Virus record (IMG/VR): IMGVR_UViG_3300050020_000061
DNA from: a virus
Length of the DNA stretch: 64,000 nt
Direction: 5' to 3' (one strand)
Notes under the pieces: generated by a model
Told to the model about the DNA's origin: nothing
Databases searched by the model: none
The model's input: only the letters and a program-made list of their open reading frames with translations
Position numbers and translations under genes: made by a program
Shown: one piece after another, positions 59,166 through 64,000 of the stretch
Layout: each line of letters opens with the position of its first letter
Position numbering within the stretch: position 1 is the first letter of the stretch

Positions 59166-59196
59166 GAGAAGACCCTTTCAGGGATCTAGCCGATGG

Positions 59197-59562
59197 TTAC
59201 CATGCCCCGGCAGCCTTGAAGTTGCCGGAACATCTCACCGCGTCGGAGACGCTGACAGTCACGGACACATCCACGTACGCAGGGCCTTCGGCCACGAGAT
59301 GCCCATCGTCGGCGTACAGGGAAACGAGTACCGACTCGCCCGTGTTGCTCTGAAAGGCAAGGTCGTAGTCGACGTCCAGCAGTCCCGCGAAGGTCCCACT
59401 GATGTCCTTGAGCCCCGCCGCGTACACCTTGTTCCTGTCACGAAACGTGGAGACGTCGGCGTAGTCACGAGCCATGTTGAGGGACCACTCGGTCTTGTCG
59501 GAGACCTTGACGTGGTTGATGCGGATGGATCCGTTCTTGCCATGCAGCTTCCCGTCAACCAT
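59197..59562 (-). CDS. major tail (tube) protein paralogue, copy 1
   Basis: I trimmed the start to ATG 59562 (MVDGKLHGKNGSIRINHV...). Collinear with copy 2. They share an identical 24-nt string (59205-59228 = 58772-58795). Confidence 0.65.
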   Translation of the reverse strand: MVDGKLHGKNGSIRINHVKVSDKTEWSLNMARDYADVSTFRDRNKVYAAGLKDISGTFAGLLDVDYDLAFQSNTGESVLVSLYADDGHLVAEGPAYVDVSVTVSVSDAVRCSGNFKAAGAW

Positions 59563-59990
59563 CAGGGAGTCCCCAGTGGCTGATCGGTCCAGATCGAGTA
59601 CGTGCCCCCGACCTGATAGATGCGCTTCCCCTCGGAGTCGACGTCTGGCCCCGTTGGCAGATCGGCGACCCGGCGGCAAAGCAGGCTGGTCTGCCCATCC
59701 ACATTCAGCTCAGCCTCGTTGAGAGCTGTACAGATGAGCGCGTCGATGTTATTGGCATCGACGGGGTTCACCGCATAGGTGGAGATGTCCATCAGCGCCT
59801 TGATCATCATCCCGGTCCAGTCGTACTCGTAGGACCCAGCGACGATCTGGTAGACGATGAAGGGGTACTTCACCTTGCGGGGAGCAATCGCCTCGTGTAT
59901 TCCGCCTGCGATGGCGGACACGAGTGGCGAGGAAGCACGGAGCTTCTGCACGACCGCTCTCTTGACAGGGGCGACGGTGGTCGTAGCCAT
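59562..59990 (-). CDS. tail terminator / tail completion protein candidate
   Basis: 142 aa, directly upstream of the tube genes. ATG after AAGGGAG. Confidence 0.5.
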   Translation of the reverse strand: MATTTVAPVKRAVVQKLRASSPLVSAIAGGIHEAIAPRKVKYPFIVYQIVAGSYEYDWTGMMIKALMDISTYAVNPVDANNIDALICTALNEAELNVDGQTSLLCRRVADLPTGPDVDSEGKRIYQVGGTYSIWTDQPLGTP

Positions 59991-60003
59991 CAGTCACTCC
60001 CTT

Positions 60004-60669
60004 TCACAGCCGCACCACGATCTCGATTGAGACGTTCGTGACCCCGTGCGGCAGGGCTCCTCGAACGCCTTCCGCCACCAAGGCGGCTACCTGACTGCGG
60101 CTCTCCTCGGCGGCTGGGCGAAGGAAGGGGTGGGCAGCGTTGTGGCGCGTGCCGTACTCCTGAAACCTGCCGTAGCTCGTCGGGGAGATGACCCATATCT
60201 CGGCGTGATCGCCGGAGATGCTTGGATCCGTGGCGTAGATCTCGCCACGGAGTCTTCCACCAACCTTGAGGTGCTCCCACGTGGCGAAGTTGGCTCGACC
60301 ACTGCGAACCTCGTACGCCCCGCGTCTCGAGAGCATCGTCTTCTGGGGAACGAAGCCCGCCTTGCGGCGCTTCATCTCTGTGTCGTACTGACTCAGGAGC
60401 TTGCTGGCCGCAGCCAGACGCCGCTCCCTCCAGTGGACCGGGACCTTGCCTACCGTGGGCGGCTTGCCCGCCCGGGCCATCGCTCCTCGGGCGTCCCTGA
60501 GGGCCTCGACCGTACCGGCCGTCTTGGTGCGGACCCCCTGCCCGCCGGAGAACACGCTGCGAACCGGGGCTCTTGCCTTGGCCCTCTCGACCACCACCTG
60601 AGAACCCAGCCCGAGGCCCTGAATGGCTCCCTCGTAGGCTCCCTGCAGGATCGCCCCGAAGTCGATCAC
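60004..60669 (-). CDS. HK97 gp10-family head-tail connector protein
   Basis: C-terminal FQEYGTRHNAAHPFLRPAAEE matches the gp10-family E-x-G-T ... PF-h-x-PA signature. Confidence 0.6.
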   Translation of the reverse strand: MIDFGAILQGAYEGAIQGLGLGSQVVVERAKARAPVRSVFSGGQGVRTKTAGTVEALRDARGAMARAGKPPTVGKVPVHWRERRLAAASKLLSQYDTEMKRRKAGFVPQKTMLSRRGAYEVRSGRANFATWEHLKVGGRLRGEIYATDPSISGDHAEIWVISPTSYGRFQEYGTRHNAAHPFLRPAAEESRSQVAALVAEGVRGALPHGVTNVSIEIVVRL

Positions 60670-60971
60670 GAGCCGACCGTCTGCCCGTCCTCATCCCAGA
60701 CGAACTCCCCGACAGGGCGGTGCATCTGGCAGTGGGCGCAGTAGGTGGCTCCATAGAACTTCGGGTTCCGGGCATAGGTCTCGCACAGGGCGAGCCCCAT
60801 CGTGGTGAGCGCCCCACAGGTGCTGTGGATGTAGGCCCGTCGAAGCGGTCGAACGAACCCCTTGGCTCGCTCCTCCTCCGAGAGCACGAGGTAGACCTCG
60901 GCCTGTGGGCGCGGCGTCTCGTCGATGCCGTGCGTCAAGCGAGGATCATTACGGTCGTCGGTGAGGCTCAA
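60666..60971 (-). CDS. Cys-rich hypothetical protein inserted in the connector module (101 aa)
   Basis: I trimmed the start to TTG 60971 (TTGA overlap, GAGGAAG upstream). HSTCGALTTMGLALCETYARNPKFYGATYCAHCQMHRPVGEFVW. Confidence 0.45.
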   Translation of the reverse strand: MSLTDDRNDPRLTHGIDETPRPQAEVYLVLSEEERAKGFVRPLRRAYIHSTCGALTTMGLALCETYARNPKFYGATYCAHCQMHRPVGEFVWDEDGQTVGS

Positions 60972-61369
60972 TCTCGCTTCCTCAAGCTGCACGTCAGGAA
61001 CGGCAGCCACGTGCTCTCGGCGGTGGTGTCGCTGACGGTGTACTCGTCCGTCCCCACGTGGACGTGATCGCCCGGGAGGACGTCCGTCCCCACCGGCACG
61101 TACAGACGGTAGGTGTTGACCGTGACGATGGCTCCCGAGTCGACCTCCTGCAGGGGGGTCGGGGTCGAGAAGAACCAGCCCTTGACCGTGAGCCTGCGGC
61201 TCTCGCTGGTGACCGGGTAGGCGAGGAAGTCGTCCCCGTAGTCGCCGCCCACCGGGGGTGTCGCCTCAGTCCGTCGCTCGATGGTGATCGTCGTGGTCAT
61301 CCCCAGCAGGGGGATGTCGCGGATCCGCTCCATCTGCTTATCGGTGAAGAAGCGGTCCTGCCGAGGCAT
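60968..61369 (-). CDS. head closure / head-tail adaptor candidate (133 aa)
   Basis: I trimmed the start to ATG 61369 (MPRQDRFFTDKQMERIRD...). Size and position fit. Confidence 0.5.
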   Translation of the reverse strand: MPRQDRFFTDKQMERIRDIPLLGMTTTITIERRTEATPPVGGDYGDDFLAYPVTSESRRLTVKGWFFSTPTPLQEVDSGAIVTVNTYRLYVPVGTDVLPGDHVHVGTDEYTVSDTTAESTWLPFLTCSLRKRD

Positions 61370-62280
61370 CAGCGCACCGTGATGTTGTCGTCGCGGAACG
61401 AGGAGAGAAGGATCGCCGCCTCGGGGACGAGGGAGTCGAGCTGCTGGATCAGGGACGAGATGGGGCGCGGGTCGCGCCGCGTCATGGAGATCTCGGCCAC
61501 CTTCACGCTCGTGAGGTGGGCCATGCCCCGGGAGTGCAGCTCCGCCTGCCCGTGGAGGTAGGCGACGATGTGGGCCGCTCCGTACTGGATGTCTGGCGGC
61601 AGCTTGTAGTGGTACGAGGCCGTCACGTTGTCGCTGGCGGCGAGCTGCGTGTCGAAGACCACCGTGCCCTCGTTCGAGTCGACGGTGTACCCGGTCGTGA
61701 TGACCGTGCCGTTCTTCTTGACCACGGGGGCGCGATCCGTGTCGCTGTACCAGAACTGGTTCTGGGCCCTCCACGTCTGGCCGTCCGTGGCGACGAGGGT
61801 CTCGTCGACCTCTTGGAGGTCCCAGCCGTAGGTGTAGTTGGTGGCGGCCACCGGGGTGGCGAGTCCCACGTTGGGGATGATGAGAGCGTTGAAGAGACCG
61901 GTCGAGGTGAGCGCAAGAGAGACGACCTCGAAGTAGCGGTCGGTGTTGTTGATCATCAGCTCCGTCGGACGGATCTCGACGAACTGGGTGTTCGTGACGT
62001 AGATGCGGAACGACTCGACCGAGATGATCGGCCAGTGGAACGGATAGAACCGCCGCTGCCCGATCTCGAAGGGGGTCACCGGGTAGCGCCAGACGTGACG
62101 CTCGTTGGTGATGACGCCGCCTCGGAAGTCGTGGGGCTGCGGAATGCGGGGGACGTTGCAGTACCCGTTGACCACCGTCGTGGCCTGAGCGATCAGGGCC
62201 ATCAGTTCGGCGGGGTCGAGTTCGGAGACGTCGATCCCCAGACCCATCTCCATGAACCGCTGCGGGGTCAGGTACTGCAT
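61369..62280 (-). CDS. head-tail connector / adaptor candidate (303 aa)
   Basis: First gene after the major capsid. Clean ORF with no motif recognised. Confidence 0.5.
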   Translation of the reverse strand: MQYLTPQRFMEMGLGIDVSELDPAELMALIAQATTVVNGYCNVPRIPQPHDFRGGVITNERHVWRYPVTPFEIGQRRFYPFHWPIISVESFRIYVTNTQFVEIRPTELMINNTDRYFEVVSLALTSTGLFNALIIPNVGLATPVAATNYTYGWDLQEVDETLVATDGQTWRAQNQFWYSDTDRAPVVKKNGTVITTGYTVDSNEGTVVFDTQLAASDNVTASYHYKLPPDIQYGAAHIVAYLHGQAELHSRGMAHLTSVKVAEISMTRRDPRPISSLIQQLDSLVPEAAILLSSFRDDNITVR

Positions 62281-62344
62281 CGTTCCTCCGAGGAGTGGAG
62301 AGGGCCGGGGTGGTAGACCTCGGCCCCCTCAATCACCAACGAGA

Positions 62345-63688
62345 TCAGGAGGCGACCTTCACCCGGATCTTGTTGTTCCACGGCAGAACCTTCACCGCGA
62401 GGCCGTTCATCATGAAGATGATGAACAGGTGGGTGAGCTGGCCCGAGATGCCGATGGGGATCTCGAGGACCGTGGGGCCCGGGCTGCCGAGGTACGGCAT
62501 CGTGATGCTGCCCTCGTCCAGCATGTACAGGTCGCGACGGAGCGTCCCACCGCCGTCGGTGTACGAGGCGATGGAGTCGCCCGGAACGACCGCGAAGGGG
62601 ATCTGACCGGCGTAGGTGTTGAACGCCTGCGCGGTCGCACCGACACCGATGTTGACGTAGTTCGGAGCGACCAGACGGACGTTGGGGTCCTGCTGCTCGT
62701 CGAACGTGATCTTCTCCTGCGGGTGGCCCCAGAGGATCGAGGTCATGCCCTGAGACTGGGTGACCGGCAGGAGACCGGCATCCACGGCCCGCCGGAAGTT
62801 TCCGGTGGTCGTGGGGGCCGTGGCGGGATCGAGGTCCACGGCGTTGGCCGTGTTCAGGATCGAGCGAAGGCCGGTGAAGCCGTTCGCGTCGTAGAGGCCG
62901 CTCTCGTCGGTGGCGGTCCCGGTCGTGACCGTGGACTGCCCCTCGAAGATCGCCTTCTGCATCGTGTGGGCCATGGCACGAAGGCCACCCTGAAGCTCGA
63001 TGGCCTCGGGGTTGTAGTTCATGCCACCAGCCATGACGGCGAACTGGCTCTTCAGCGAGATGCCGCGCCGGGTCGCGAGGATCGCCACGTTGGTCGACTC
63101 GCGATGGAAGACGCTGTTGTCGTCGCTGACGGTGCCCAGCTCCGCCATGAACTTCGCACCACCGTACGAAGTGATCTGGTTCCATGCGTGCAGGAGGCCG
63201 TTGGCCGGTTCCTTCGCGATCCGGTCGTAGGCCGGGAAGGAGCGGATGAAGACCTCGTACAGCATCGGCTCGAGATCCTGCCGGATCAGCGCGCCGACGG
63301 CTCCCGTGTCGAGGGCCTTGGCGATGTCCGGGTCGAGCTTGCTGCCGAGCTGGTTGAAGACGTTCTGGGCCGCGAAGCCCGCCGTGTTCAGCCAGAGACC
63401 GAGCGGGATGCCCGTGTTCTCCTTCGACGCCTGCTTGGTGATCAGGGTCGTGATCTCGGCGATGGACTTGGTGCGAAGGGTCGAGAAGAGGGTGTCCCTC
63501 TCATCGGGGGTGATGTAGCGACGGTTGGTCTCGGGAGCTGCGGCACTCTGCTGCTCCATCCCGACGGCCGGAGCCGGGGGAGTCGCAACATTGGGGGCCT
63601 CGTTCAGCTTGAGCAGAGTCGCGCCGATCTGCTCCTGCGTCTCGAGAACTCCCTTGAGAAGGGCCGCCAGCTCAGGTGAAAGCACCAT
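62345..63688 (-). CDS. major capsid protein
   Basis: 447 aa, directly after the scaffold-like ORF and before the connector genes. Composition is typical of major capsid proteins. The call rests mostly on position. Confidence 0.7.
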   Translation of the reverse strand: MVLSPELAALLKGVLETQEQIGATLLKLNEAPNVATPPAPAVGMEQQSAAAPETNRRYITPDERDTLFSTLRTKSIAEITTLITKQASKENTGIPLGLWLNTAGFAAQNVFNQLGSKLDPDIAKALDTGAVGALIRQDLEPMLYEVFIRSFPAYDRIAKEPANGLLHAWNQITSYGGAKFMAELGTVSDDNSVFHRESTNVAILATRRGISLKSQFAVMAGGMNYNPEAIELQGGLRAMAHTMQKAIFEGQSTVTTGTATDESGLYDANGFTGLRSILNTANAVDLDPATAPTTTGNFRRAVDAGLLPVTQSQGMTSILWGHPQEKITFDEQQDPNVRLVAPNYVNIGVGATAQAFNTYAGQIPFAVVPGDSIASYTDGGGTLRRDLYMLDEGSITMPYLGSPGPTVLEIPIGISGQLTHLFIIFMMNGLAVKVLPWNNKIRVKVAS

Positions 63689-63703
63689 GCTGGTTACGTA
63701 CCT

Positions 63704-64000
63704 TTCTTCAGGAGGGTGAGGAACTCCTCGCTGTAGACCGACTTGAGGCTCGCGAACGTGTCGCTCGACTCGCGGAAGACAGCGCGGCGACCCACAGGGG
63801 TCTTGGACAGGCCCTTCAGGATCACGTCCATGTTCTTGAGGACCATCTCGGTCGCCTCCATGGCCTGATCCCTCTCGGCGGTGACGTCGACGAGCGCCGC
63901 CTTGGTGGTGATCAGCTCGCTGGTGATCGCCTTCAGGAGGTCACTCGAGGTACGAAGCGAGGCGATGACGGTGGGCTCCAGTGCATGGAGCGCCGCGTCG
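63704..64000 (-). CDS. scaffolding protein candidate, C-terminal part (runs off the right window edge)
   Basis: Open-ended, so absent from the ORF track. My translation: ...DAALHALEPTVIASLRTSSDLLKAITSELITTKAALVDVTAERDQAMEATEMVLKNMDVILKGLSKTPVGRRAVFRESSDTFASLKSVYSEEFLTLLKKGT-stop (TAA 63704-63706). It is all-helical and ends 15 nt before the capsid start. Confidence 0.55.

Overview
The window is GC-rich double-stranded DNA that reads as most of a tailed-phage genome. It looks like a siphovirus, because there is no sheath gene. It looks actinobacteriophage-like, because it has strong GGAGG ribosome-binding sites, many GTG/TTG starts, dense ATGA/GTGA coupling between genes, and an LAxTG-like sorting signal. 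I saw no integrase, repressor or CRISPR array.

There are three transcription blocks:
- Block 1 (minus strand, 14553 down to 1): about 25 small coupled genes, a cluster of envelope-targeted proteins, and an intrinsic terminator at 6257-6296. These are followed by a QueD-like gene, small and large terminase, portal, an HNH endonuclease and a methyltransferase cut by the window edge.
- Block 2 (plus strand, 15511 to 37446): early, replication and recombination genes. They include a Topo VI-A/Spo11-like protein, a Cas4-like exonuclease, ERF, an AEP primase, a RecA-fold helicase, RusA and a DUF1599-like protein. The block also holds four HNH/Endo VII homing endonucleases, a small tRNA cluster, a vWA protein and a secreted lysozyme-like protein.
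- Block 3 (minus strand, 64000 down to 37675): scaffold (partial), major capsid and connector proteins, then two paralogous tail-tube genes and the G/G-T chaperone pair with a canonical -1 slippery site. These are followed by a 3117-codon tape-measure ORF, two paralogous minor tail proteins (one of 1810 aa with a huge repeat array), another HNH, and a holin.

Blocks 1 and 2 diverge from a 957-bp region with no convincing ORF.

The observations most worth following up:
- The N-terminal half of the tape-measure ORF is a chain of globular modules: HPr-like, ParB-like, GNAT-like and a Zn finger.
- The 1810-aa tail protein carries several dozen degenerate F-x-I-D-A repeats.
- A G7 homopolymer splits a signal-peptide/sorting-signal surface protein gene.
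- A stand-alone Topo VI-A/Spo11-like gene sits in the early block.
- An Endo VII cassette has a recoded duplicate of its insertion target.
- The tRNA cluster is anomalous.

All calls come from reading the sequence and the ORF track and recognising motifs. No database search was run, so family names are hypotheses to confirm with HMM or structure searches.
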